A stretch of 64,000 bases of DNA from assembly GCF_009914755.1 (NCBI RefSeq), contig NC_060933.1; one strand, 5' to 3'. Source of the stretch: the human T2T-CHM13v2.0 reference genome, Homo sapiens. Of this stretch, positions 1 to 14,412 are shown in pieces. Positions within the stretch are counted from its first letter, which is position 1. Each line of letters opens with the position of its first letter. The position numbers and the translations under genes were made by a program. A model generated the notes under the pieces. That model was not told the DNA's origin. It ran no database searches and worked only from the letters and a program-made list of their open reading frames with translations.

Positions 1-957
1 TCACTAGTTTATTAATAAAGGGTATTACAAAGGTTAGACATGAATAGCCAGATGAAGAGATGCATCGGGCCAGGCACGTGGGAAGGGACATGGAGCTTTA
101 ACACTCTCTCCGGCACACCATCTTTCAAGCACCTTCACACATTCAGCTATCCAGAAGCTCATCTGAACCTTGTCCTTTTGGGGTTTTCTGGAGGCTCCAT
201 TACATAGGCATGATTGATTAAATCATTGGCCATTTGTGATCAGCTCCACCTCAGTCCCTCTCCTTTCCCCGGAGGTCAGTAGGTGGGACTGAAAGTTCCA
301 ACCCTCAAATTATAGGGTTGGTTTCCCTGGCAACCAGCCTCCATCCAGGGCCCATAAAGAGTCATCACATTGAACAAAAGATGCTCCCATCACCCAGGAA
401 ATCACAAAGGTCTTCAGAGCTCTGTGTTAGGAAATGGGGTTCAAGGACAAATATCAGAGCAAGGCTGGTGGCTCATACCTGTAATCCCAGCATTTTGGGA
501 GGCCAAAGTGGGAGGACCACTTGAGGCCAGGAGTTCAAGACTAGCCTGGGCAACTTAAAACAACTACAAGATGTTAGGACATAAATACTTACTAGGTTGT
601 TTGGACCTGACTATGTACTAAACAGAATGGTTATTCAAGACCTTATGTCTACAAAAAATTGAAATTACCCAGGCTTGGTGGCATGTGCCTGTAGGCTAGC
701 TACTTGGGAGGCTGAGGCAGGAGGATCGCTTGAGCCCATGAAGTAGAGGCTGCCGTGAGCCATGATCGTGCCTTTAACACTCCAGCCTGGTCAACAGAGC
801 AAGACCCTGTCACTTAAAACAAAACAAAACCAAATATCAGAACAAAACATTCTCCTAGTACCCCTACTGCTCAGGAAATTATAAGAGTTTTAGGAGCTCT
901 ATGTTAGGAACCATGGTCAATGACCAAATATGTTTCTTATTATATCATGGTATCACA
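1..957 (-). mobile_element. MER21-family LTR, interrupted by an Alu at 463-830
   Basis: Typical MER21 motifs (GATGAAGAGATGCAT..GGAAGGG; GGTTGGTTTCCCTGGCAACCAGCC), terminus TTATTATATCA..TCACA. Confidence 0.7.
463..830 (+). mobile_element. AluJ-like element with an 80-bp foreign insert at 555-634
   Basis: Both Alu arms present; TSD-like caaatatcagagcaa / caaatatcagaacaa. Confidence 0.85.
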
Positions 958-1252
958 ACAACCAAATTCCAAGAATGTATTACTTACACAATTGGTTATT
1001 TCTGAAAGGAAAGTAAGAAGGTATTCTTCTATCTCAATTTAGGATTCAGTAAGAAGAAATGAGGCAGAACAGAAGTAGGAAATACTAAAGTTTGAATCAA
1101 TGAAAAATACCTCCCAGTCTCATATCAGAGTTATGAAAACATCATTACCTATGGAAATCCTTCCATAAACAGTTGTTATTTGCTTAGGGCAGTTTGCTTA
1201 AAGTATCCCAAAACAGGCAAATTAATTCATGTTAAATGAAATGATTAAAGTA

Positions 1253-1659
<407 letters not shown>

Positions 1660-2267
1660 CTATCTTAATATTTGTGACATTTATGCCTGTGTATGGCAAT
1701 CTGATGGTAAAAGGAGCCATATGTAAATAATAACTGAAACTTTGTCAAAATAATGTTAAGGAAACATAATTAGCAAAGCAATATATAATTACAAGTCCAC
1801 TGATTTAGAGAATCAGAAGTAACAATTAGAATCAGAAATAACAACTATCTGGCAGGGATGGAAAAATGAGAGCAGATATAAAAGTGTACCCCAACCCTGA
1901 CCCCACTGCCATTTGGTGTGCAACTATGTATTTCAATATTAATATCTTTCTTCAAACCAAAATGGAGTTAAGAGATCCTTAGATTCCCAGTTTTAACAAA
2001 GCTGGTCAGATAACTATCTTAAGGAGCAGAAAAATGGTCTGTCTCTTTCTCATATTTTAGAACACCACAGTGACTCTCATATAATAGCCTTCTTTCCCTC
2101 CAGATACAGACGTAGAGAAGGGAATTGTTCTTCAGACTTCAATAATGTTTGAATTCCAGGCTACAGAATTATTTTCATTGATTTTCTGAATTTCTAGGTG
2201 TCTTAATACCTGAGACATCTTTTAGGAAATTATTTCTTATTTGCATTATTATTTTTATTTAAAAACG

Positions 2268-2555
2268 GGCCAGGTTCAGTGGTTCACACCTGTAATCTCA
2301 GCACTTTGGGAGGTCGAGGCAGGAGGATCACTTGAGGACAGGAGTTTGAGATCAGCCTGGGCAACATAGCAAGACCCTATCTCTTAAAAAAAAAATTTTT
2401 TTTTTCCAGTTAGGTGTGGTGCTACATGCCTGTAGTCCCAGTGACTCAGGAGGCTGAGGCAGGAGGATCACTTGGGCTCAGTGGAATGAGCTATGATGGG
2501 CCACTGCACTCTGGCCTGTGCGGCAGAGCAAGACCCTGTCTCTAAAAAAAAAAAT
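2268..2555 (+). mobile_element. AluJ
   Basis: Dimeric Alu with A tail. Confidence 0.88.
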
Positions 2556-2610
2556 AACAAAATTTTAAAAAAGATTCTTTCTCTTTAGTAGTAATCAGAA
2601 TTTAAAACGT

Positions 2611-2934
2611 ATAGTAGTCACCCCATATTCGCGGTTTCAGCTACCTGTGGTCAACCACAGTACAAAAATAGGCCAAGGTAGTACAATAAGATATTCAGAG
2701 AGAGAGAGAGACCACATTCACACAACTTTCATTGCAGTATATTGTTATAATTGTTAATTGTATTATTATTGTTGTTAATCTCTTACTGTGTCTAATTTAT
2801 AAATTAAACTTTATCGTAGGTATGTATGTATAGGAAAAAATAGAGTATATAAAGAATTCAGTACCATCTGTGATTTCAGGCATCTACTGGGGTTTTTGGA
2901 ACATATTCCTCCTGGGTAAGGGAGGATTACTGTA
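2611..2934 (+). mobile_element. MER44A (TcMar-Tigger MITE)
   Basis: TAGTAGTC..CGCGGTTTCAG..GGTCAACC start, GGAGGATTACTGTA end, TA flanks. Confidence 0.75.
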
Positions 2935-3089
2935 CAGATGTTTGTCACATAATATTAAACAAGCAGAATGGGGTGGCAACTCTAAAAACGCTATCCATGA
3001 GAAATTTCAGTTGAATGTACCTTTCCACTTGGTATCAATGACTTGGTCAGCTATGTGAATTCTGATGGGGTAGTCTAATTACTTTAAGC

Positions 3090-3653
3090 CAGAGGTTCTC
3101 ATAATTTCTTGGTTCACAGTGTGCCCTTAGTATCTCAGCAATGTTTGCATGACACCCCAGGCCAACAAATACATAACCATTCTGTTTAGTAAGTAGTCAG
3201 GTCCAAACAACCTAGTAAGTATTTGTGTCCTTACATCTTGTAGTTGTTTTAAAAAATAATACACATAACATGAAATAAAAAATATTTAATTTCATTTTTA
3301 AATAACCACAATTAATTACTTACTAATGGATGTGTGCCTGGGCTATGTATCACTTTTCAAACCTTGGAATCAGTTCAGACACCACCAATCCTCATTCCCT
3401 GTTCCACACTGATTTTCACACAGTAGTTGTTGGTTATCAAAGCAATTGCTAAAAACCTAACTTTGCAAAGATATGATGTCATTGAAAGGAATGGAGTGCA
3501 CTGTTGAAACTGTGAACTATCTCAAACTACTTCATGTGGTGTCCAACTAGTATAGGTAGTTCTGTGTTTGCTTTCAAAACAATTTTCCATGAGGCCCCTG
3601 GGATTTTTCCATGGGGTGCTAGGATGCCATGGTGTATAGTTCACAAACCACAG
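3090..3653 (+). mobile_element. MER119-like hAT-Charlie DNA transposon
   Basis: CAGAGGTTCTCA..GGTTCACAGTGTGCCCTTAGTATCTCAG start, ..AAACCACAG end, degenerate 8-bp TSD ctttaagc/ctttagat. Confidence 0.7.
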
Positions 3654-3741
3654 CTTTAGATCTTTTCTTCAACCACTACCCAAGCAACTGAATGACAATT
3701 TCTCTCCCATTTTATCAGGGCCATCTCCAAAAAGACTTATA

Positions 3742-3785
3742 AATTAGGTATATATAATATATATATATATTATATATACCTAATT
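3742..3785. repeat. Perfect 44-bp AT-rich palindrome within a (TA)-rich tract
   Basis: aattaggtatatataatatatatatatattatatatacctaatt equals its own reverse complement. Confidence 0.9.
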
Positions 3786-4275
3786 ATATTATATAATATA
3801 TAATATAAAGAATATTATATAAACATAACTACTACAATTTTTAGGCATTAAGTTAAAACTGCCTATATTTGACGATTTTCTACCTACAAAAACAATTTTA
3901 TAAGATTCATCAACTTTTTAAAAAATTACATACTTGTATGTCTTGATTGGCTTGGTCAAGAAGGAAGAGCCTCACTTTCAAAAACTTCATGCATGTTTGA
4001 CAATCAGAGCATAGGTAGGTATAGTAACCTCCCTGTTTCCATGGAAATCAAAGGTGGAAATCTGTAACTATAGGCTCCAAACTAACATTAATATAGTTCC
4101 TGGCCAAGAGTGGTGAGCTATGCAGTGAGCTATTTTTGCACCACTGCATTCCAACCTGCGCAAAAGAGAGAGACCCTGTCTCAAAAAGAAAAAACAGAAA
4201 ACAGATATATATATATAAAATTTCCTTTGACTGTTAGTCAACTATATATTAATATGGTTATAAAAGCAGCCCACT

Positions 4276-4555
4276 GGCCAGGAACGGTGGCTCATGCCTG
4301 TAATCCTAGCACTTTGGGAGGCTGAGATGGGCAGTTCGAGACCAGCCTGGGCAACATGATGAAACCCCGTCTCTACTAAAACACAAAAAATCAGTCAGGT
4401 GTGGTGGCAGGCACCTGTAATTCCAGGTACTCAGGAGGCTGAGGCATAAGAATTGCTTGAACTGGGAGGTGGAGGTTGCAGTGAAGCCAAGATCGTGCCA
4501 CTGCACTCCAGCCTGGGCAACAAGGCAAAACTCTGTCTCAAAAAACAAAAATAAA
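4276..4555 (+). mobile_element. AluS with a small internal deletion
   Basis: TSD aaaagcagcccact / aaaagcagtccact. Confidence 0.88.
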
Positions 4556-5004
4556 AGCAGTCCACTAAGGAGAGTTATGTTGTTCTCATATATTGCTCTA
4601 TTTACTACTTCACAGTGAGCCTGTTACCCAAATAAGCAAACAAATCATGCTCTTACAATGAATCAGATGGAAAGGTGTAAATACAGGTATTATTGATTTT
4701 ATACAACAGACGTTTCCCTAAAAGTTACGTAATACGAATTAAGGTAAGATAATTATGGGAAGACGTGTTTAAGTATACTGGAATGTCTCATTTAGAGGAA
4801 TCCAAAGGTGAGTTCTTTGTAAAGTGAAGAATGTTTTCCAAGGGAAATTGGCACTCTCCCATTTGTATATATACAAATTGCACATGCTTATTGTCAACTA
4901 AAGGACAAGACTTGTTTTTCTCAGTGGAGGCTACTACATTTTTAGAAGATAATTATGTGGTTCCATCTTTTTAGCGATTAAGAGATACTATAAATATAAA
5001 ATAG

Positions 5005-5300
5005 GGCCAGGTGGCTCACATTTGTAATCCTAGTGCTTTGGGAAGTTGAGGCAGGAGGATCACCTGAGGCCAGGAGTTCAAGATCAGCCTGGGCAACACA
5101 GCGAGACCTTGTCTGTACAAAAAAAAAAAAATTTTTTTTAATTTAGCAGGGCATGATGGTGTGTGCCTACAGTCCCAACTACTTGGGAGGATGAGGCAGG
5201 AGGATTGCTTGAATCTAGGAGTTCAAGGTGCAGTTAGCCATGACTGGACTGTGCCACTGCACTACAGCCTGGGCAACAGAGTGAAACTGTCTCAAAAATA
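5005..5300 (+). mobile_element. AluJ with (TA)/(CA) tail
   Basis: Alu consensus similarity. Confidence 0.85.
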
Positions 5301-5781
5301 TATATATACACATACACACACACACACACATAATTCTTGAAAAGCAAATTTTAAACTCTGATAATGTCTAAATTTTGTCATGAGCAAAGTAAATGGCCAC
5401 ATTGGAAAATCCTGATCTGTTGTTTGCAGCAGTATCAATTTCCCTCAAGATTAACTTGTTCACACAAAAATATTTTGGGGTCACTGTCAGTAATTATACA
5501 TATATAAAAATTATATGAAGTACAGCCAACAATGGAAAAAGCATTAAAAAGCCTATAAAGATAATCTGATCAATAATGTTCATATGACTAGGAGCACAAC
5601 TGAGTTTTTCAATGCCCTTCAACATACATAAACTTCTATAAATTATTTTTTAAAGTGTACAGTCTGATTAGTAATATTGAAAATTACAATCGCACAAGAA
5701 TATTTTTGTTTTCAAAGTACATGAGAGTGAGGGTGGCATGGGAAAGAGAAAAGTTGTGCAAAACGCTCATGTTCCAAGTAA

Positions 5782-6092
<311 letters not shown>

Positions 6093-6655
6093 ATGAAAAA
6101 TTTATAAATGCTAAGAGTATGATGTAAATATAATTTGACAAATGATTTTCAAATATAACACCAAGCTGACAGGATAGCTTGATTCAATATTGTTTGTATG
6201 AATTTTTTTTTTTAGTGGAAGAAAATGAATTCAACAAAAATACTGCAAGATATCAGAAGAATATTCAATTGCTCTGGTTTTGTTTAACATTTCTGAACTA
6301 GGTTGAGCTTTAAATGAAATTCATTCTACCCCCTCCTCCTCTCATTTTACTTGGCCAAGAACTTTGCCAACTAGTGAAAAGGGGTGAGAGGAAGCATTCC
6401 ATGGCAGAGGGATCTTCATACAGAAAGTTATATGCCAATATGATAGTGTTCATGGTCAATGCAACCTTATAATAAAGAAAAATGGTGAGATAGAAAAAGA
6501 TTTAGTAATGTTAAACTGGACTGACATTATTAACATATGCTCTAAGAGAAACATGGTCTCCTGCTCTGTCACTACAGTGGCCAGCAAAAATGCCTCCCTC
6601 CTTATCCTCAACTCCATGTTGAACAGATTTTGGTCTCTAATACTATTCTCCATTA

Positions 6656-6823
<168 letters not shown>

Positions 6824-8026
6824 CTAGTTCCATGTCTTAGGGCAGGAAAAAAATATCAAAATCGATTGGACTATCTTGCTTCTGACAAGATCCTGAACTC
6901 CTGGTCTCAAGTAATCCTTCCACCTCAGCCTCCCAAATGCTGGGATTACAGGCGTGAGCCACTGTGCCCAGCCGAGAAGAATTTTTAAAAAACGTCCAAG
7001 GGTAAGTGCTAAAAGGACAAAGAAGCCAGTTTGAGGTTAGCCAGGCTGTCACAATTTGAACATTAGAAAGAGAATAATAATTACAGCTAAGTGGAATAAA
7101 TTAAGTCTGTGATAAGCCATGAATTCATAATGAGATGCAAAAGGGAAAGCTAAGATACATAAAAAGATAGTTGTAAAAAAGGGTGAAAATAATAGGGTAT
7201 CCAATGTCTTATTATATTAATAACTAGGTTGGTGTTAATACTTAGGTGTTTTGTTTCTCCTGTTAAGTATATGTCTATTTATGAAGTATAGCCGTATACT
7301 TTTTTGTTTCAGTACAAGGAGGGTAGGGTAGTTACAAAGAATTGTGTGCGACTAAGCCAAACAGTTCCAAAAAAAGTAGGTCACATACCAAAAACAAGAA
7401 ATTCAGATCAGCACAGGCCCTAACACATACAGCAATATGTATTTTTAAAGAAGACGCAGTGGCTGATGAGTTTGATCACACACAATGACCGAGTAGACAT
7501 TGTGAGTTCTAAAACGGTGAATTAGTCCAATATCCTAGAGAGCTCACAGTACAGACCGGAACCCTGATTGCTCAGGAAAGGAAACATCTATAATTCCTAG
7601 CACCACTGCTACCAGAAAAGGGCAAGTTATAATGACAACAGAGCACTGAGCTATGAAACACTGATCACACAAAAAATAAAGAATATTTCAATTAATGGAA
7701 TAACTCTAGGCTGCAAGAAACTAACAGTCTATGAGAAAGGCATGAACTTAAAAAAAAATCCTCCTGAGCAGGTAACATTCAATTATAGAGGGGAACTAAT
7801 GCACACCAACACTTTAGGTTGCCCATCAACACAGTTTGGGTAAGCTTTAGGCATAACCAAACCTTGTGTTTTAATTAAGAATCAAATCCATCAACAACTC
7901 TGAACTCTCAGTAATTTGAAATTTTGCTTTGTTTTGGTAGTGGTAAGATTACTGTAACCTACAAAGGTATAGAAAAATTACTATAATTCTGGAAAAGTAT
8001 AGAAATAGAAATCTGGAAGAGTATTA

Positions 8027-8367
<341 letters not shown>

Positions 8368-8550
8368 TATAGAATGAATAAATTAAACCAACAGGTTAAT
8401 ATTTTAAAATACATTTAAGTAAATTTTTGACCACTATATAAAGTGAAGTTTAACAGACAGTATAATTAATTATAATTGTAACTTAAACTGGTATTAAACA
8501 TAATTTAACTAAATAAGCTTATAAACAATGTCTAAATGTTTTTAAAAAAA

Positions 8551-8882
<332 letters not shown>

Positions 8883-9319
8883 TAGATAAGTAGGTTTACT
8901 AAACTGAGTATTAAATTATGAGCAGTGATGAGTATTTTTCTCCATGCCCCAAATATCTTCAGACATTAAAGAATGAAATGGAACAGAATGCTTGGGAATT
9001 GGCAAATAAATACAAGTGACTCTAGCCCAAATTATGTGTGGAAAAAGCAGTGAAAGAAGCAGCTGGGAAGGTTAAGAAGGAGCCATATATTTAGGGACCT
9101 TGTATTACATGTAGATTCTTAGTTTGATCAAATAGGCAATGGGGAGCTACTCAGAGTATTTAGAAAAGGACGAGGCAGAGATCAGTCTTGGCACGGTTAC
9201 GAACACCCTCTGGTGGTAAGAGAGAATAGATTACAGGGTAGAAGAGACCTGCCGCAGGGAAAAGTTAATCCAGGATCGGAGACAGGCAGTGAGATAGAGA
9301 CTTGTTCAAGAAATAATGC

Positions 9320-9550
9320 AATATGAAAAAGGTGCTCAATGCCATTGATCATTAGAGAAATGCAAATCAAAACTACAGTGAGATATCATCTCACCTCAGT
9401 CAAAATGGCTTTTATCCAAATGTCAGGCAATAACAAACATTGGCAAGGATGTGGAGAAAAGGGAACCCTTGCACACTGTTAGTGGGAATGTAAATTAATA
9501 CAACCACAATGGAGAACAGTTTGGAGGTTCCTCAAAAAACTAAAAATAGA

Positions 9551-9553
<3 letters not shown>
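9320..9553 (+). mobile_element. L1 (L1PB/L1MA-type) ORF2 3' fragment
   Basis: ATCATTAGAGAAATGCAAATCAAAACTACAGTGAGATATCATCTCAC..GGAGAAAAGGGAACCCTTGCACACTGTT, typical of L1. Confidence 0.85.
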
Positions 9554-9861
<308 letters not shown>

Positions 9862-10000
9862 TAACAATGTTATACTCACTACATGAGGGTTTCTTTTTAA
9901 CCCATATAGTCTCCTGATATAATTCAATGCATCTCTTTTTAGTCTCAGAAGCACAAAGATGTTTAATATATTATCTCATGTACGGTAAGAACTATTACTT

Positions 10001-10519
<519 letters not shown>

Positions 10520-10706
10520 TAACTAACCTTTTTAAAAAACAAATAAAAAATCTGTTTCAAACTTTTTTTTTTTTTAAGAGACAGGATCTTGTTCTGTTGC
10601 CTGGTTTTTGTTTGAAAAAACATTTCCACTTTTGGAACTATAACACTATCTCCATTCATAATCACGTATGTTCTCATTTTCTCATTCATTCATAGAAACA
10701 TTTTGA

Positions 10707-10769
10707 CTCCCACACGTTTCTTTTTTTTCCTCCCGCACATTTCTTTTTTTTCCTCCCGCACATTTCTTT
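10707..10769. repeat. Short tandem duplication, ~23-bp unit, ~2.7 copies
   Basis: ctcccRcacRtttcttttttttc repeated. Confidence 0.85.
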
Positions 10770-11134
10770 GTCACTAAAAACATTCTCAAGTAACTAGCAT
10801 TACATCAGATTGCATTTAAAATCTAAGAGCTGATACTCATTTTCCTTTAACAGCTCTATCACACTTAAAGACTAACTGAAATTCTTCTTATTGTAAAAAA
10901 AATCTAAAGCTAAAAGTGAAAATTATTTTGATTATGCAGTTATGGACAATCTACTACACTTTCATAACAATAATTTTTAAAAGATTACTTAAATCCTGTC
11001 AAGTGGTTATCCTACAAGCTATATACTCTTCACAACTATATAGTACATTAAAGTACCATAGTTGAGACACCTATGTTTAGTACTAGAGCAACGTCACTGT
11101 GGCACTATTAACATGTTTAACATGTTTTCAGTTA

Positions 11135-11790
11135 TTTATTGATTCAACAAATATTTATTGTGTTGGGGACTAAGCCCTCTTTCAGATCTAGCAGTCTTTC
11201 ATGCTATCACATACAGGCACAAAGTTAGGTTCTAAGGATGCAATGATAAGGCAAAACTTGACATGATTCTAGCTTTCATGGTTTTCAAACTGTCCAGTGA
11301 AAATAGAGATCAATCAAATAATCACATGAATGAATGTGTAATTAAAATCTAACATGAGTAGTCTGAAATAAAGAAACCATTTGATGAGCATTTATAACAA
11401 TCATTATTGTAGGAATGAATGCTAAATAAACTTGACCTAGCGTGAAAGCGGGGGGAGCAGTGTCAGAGAAGGCTTTCAAAGGAAGTGATGCTTGAACTGA
11501 AATCTAAGGCATAAAAGTAGGGGTGAGGAACAAAATAAACTTTCCCCCTTTAAAAAGATCACTCTAACTGCAATGTTGAGAATAGACAAGAGAAAATAGT
11601 CAGGAAACTATCACAGTAGAAAGAGCTAGAGATAATAAAAGTTTTTAGTGGATGGAAATGCAGAGATACAAACGGATCCAATAGCTATTTAGGAAGTTAA
11701 ATCAGGAGGAGAGTGATGGATTCAATATGAAGGAATGAGGAAGAAGGTGTCATGGAGGGTTCCTAGATTTTTTTGGTTCTTGCAGTTAAA
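11135..11790 (-). mobile_element. L2 remnants
   Basis: ATTCAACAAATATTTATTG (L2 3' end, antisense) and degenerate L2 motifs (AAAAGATCACTCT, GAAGGCTTTC..GGAAGTGATGCTTGAACTG). Confidence 0.6.
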
Positions 11791-11792
11791 TA

Positions 11793-12140
11793 TGCATTAG
11801 TTTTCTATGGCTGCTGTAACAAATTACCCAAAATTCGTGGCTTAAAACGTCACAAATCTATTTTCTTATGGATCTATAGGTCAGAGGTCTCACTGGGCTA
11901 AAATCAAGATGTTGACAGGGCTGCATTCATTTTCTTTATTTTTTTTGAGACAGGGTCTCACTCTGTTGTGCAGGCTAGAGTGCGGTGGTATGATCAGGGC
12001 TCACAGCAGCCTCAACCTCCCATACTCAAGCGATCCTCCCACCTCAGCCCCATGCCCAGCTAATTTTTTTTATTAACTTTTTTTTTTTTTCAAAGACAGG
12101 GTCTCTAAATGGATTCTAGGAAAGAATCCATTTTCTTGCT
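11793..12140 (-). mobile_element. MLT1-family LTR fragment interrupted by a partial AluJ (11930-12105)
   Basis: TGCATTAGTTTTCTATGGCTGCTGTAACAAATTACC..GGCTTAAAAC. Confidence 0.7.
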
Positions 12141-14120
12141 CTGTCCTAAATCTAGTTAATGACGAATGTTTCCTATATCTTGCAAGATTAAAAAATTACT
12201 CAATCATTAGCCACCTTTCAGAGTTTACCAAAAATACGTAACAAAGAAAAGGAATCAAGCCCTAATGTCTGCTCAGGTGATCTGTGTTCACATTCTCTTT
12301 CACCTAGACCTAAGGACTTACTTCTTTAAAACTACTGCCACTTTTTCTACCCATTGAGGTTTGTAAGATGATGATGTATCTTCTGCTTGAATCAACCTTT
12401 CTTCCCCACTTATTTTTCTTTTCTTCTCACATATAAACTCACAGGCCCTTTTCATTTAAAGCATTTTCTGCTTAATAACCAATGTAGACGATTAGATTAA
12501 TCCCAATAAAGATCAAGAAGAGGTCTTTTGCCCCTTGTCTCAAGCGCCCAGTGGTTTCCTATCAGATCTATCATCAGAATGTTGTAATTCCCCCTACTGA
12601 AGGGCGGTATGGGAAAACAGAATGAATAAGGAACGTGGGACATGGAATCAACGTGGGTTCTCACCTCAGCACTACCACTTACTATTGAATATTAGGAAAA
12701 CTACCTCACCATGCCTCAGGACCAAAGGGGATAACAGTAACACTTCAAAGGGTGGTTACAGGAAATACAGAAAAATATAAGTAAAAGACCTAGAACACTG
12801 CCTGCCACATGGTAGTTGCTTAATAAATACACACTATTATTGTTATTATTATCTAGCATTCTTTCTCCCTAGTCATCAGGTTAACATCACTAGATTCCTG
12901 TCATCCCACATTGACAATTCTCTGTCAGTGAAGTTTTTCATTAGATAGGCCACAACTAATTGGCATGCAGCTTTCTAATTACATTCACATTTCAGAACTC
13001 CCAGGCCAGTCTGAGTGCATGTGTGGATCCTATACTCTCTCCTAACTACACAAACAGTCTCAGATTACTTTACATAATATTCTTCCCAGTTACAATTTCA
13101 ATCTGGAGCCTACAGGTCAAGCCTAGCATCAGAAATCTAATTCATTCTCTTTGCCATAGCAATTAAAATGCAACAAAAAGAAATTTAGCCTTCAGAAACC
13201 TACTCCAAATTGTGTCTTTGCATACAAACTCTCATCTTTAAAAAGGTACAAATAGAAGAATTTTCAGATGCTATTTATGCATCACTGCACTGGGACAAAC
13301 TCTTAATTGAGAGGTGGCATACTTTAGTATAAACGTGAAGAATAAACTTGCTTTCCTTCTGGACCATATATGGTTTAGGTGAAGACTTGTACTTGGGTCT
13401 GAGGTCAAACAAGACACTTCCCAGGAGCCTTGCCATTCTACTCCTATGCAGCATGCTGAAATCACAGCTGAGAGCACCTGGACTGGCCCAAAATCAATAG
13501 TTCCTACTACCTGATCTGCAGATCTTATAGTTACTACTATAAGCATTTTCAGATATCTGTAAAATTGAAAAAAATAAAAGAATTCATGTTCCTTACTCAG
13601 TATTTCACCAGGTCTCTCTAAAATCAGGCTGAACCAATCCAATGCCATCACATCATCATAGGACCTTGATATTTACCAATAATGAAAGACTCTGTGCTGC
13701 TTTTGGTACCTTGTCCAAACCCCAGGTTGACAATCTGCCTCTGCATACTAAAATTCTCATGATTGAAAGCCTACCAAATGTTCTACACTACATTGGACAG
13801 TATGAAGAACATGGGACTGCAGTGACTGTCAAGGGCGTATGAAATTTAGCAGTCCTGATTACTATGACGGCATGAAAGACTGCTAGATCTGAAAGAGGGC
13901 TTAGTCCCCAACACAACGGAATTGTTCTCTACACCAGACATAATAAGTAAAATCTATTTATTTACATTAATAAATTACAACACATAAAGTTTTTTTTTAA
14001 ATCATGGTTCTTTCAGTTATCATTTTAAGATAATTAAGGCCCTTGGTATTAATCTCCATATTAAGTAATTCTTATACATACAAACAGTACAGAAATGATT
14101 TACTACAGAAAGTAAAATAC

Positions 14121-14412
14121 AGCCGGGCATGGTGGCTCACACTTGTAATTCCAATGCTTTGGGAAGCCAAGGTGAGAGAACTGCTTGAGAACAGGAGTTC
14201 AGGAGTTCAAGACCAGCCTGGGCAACAAAGCGAGACCCTGTTTCTACAGGAAAAAAAAAAAGAAAAAAAATTAGCCAGGCGTGGTAGCATGTGCCTATAG
14301 TCTCAGCTACTTGGGATGCTGAGCTCAGGAGTTGGAGGCTGCACGGAGCTACAATCACAACACTGCTCTCCAGCCTGGGCAACAGAGCGAGACCCTGCCT
14401 CTTAAAAAAAAA
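14121..14412 (+). mobile_element. AluJ
   Basis: Alu consensus similarity. Confidence 0.85.
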
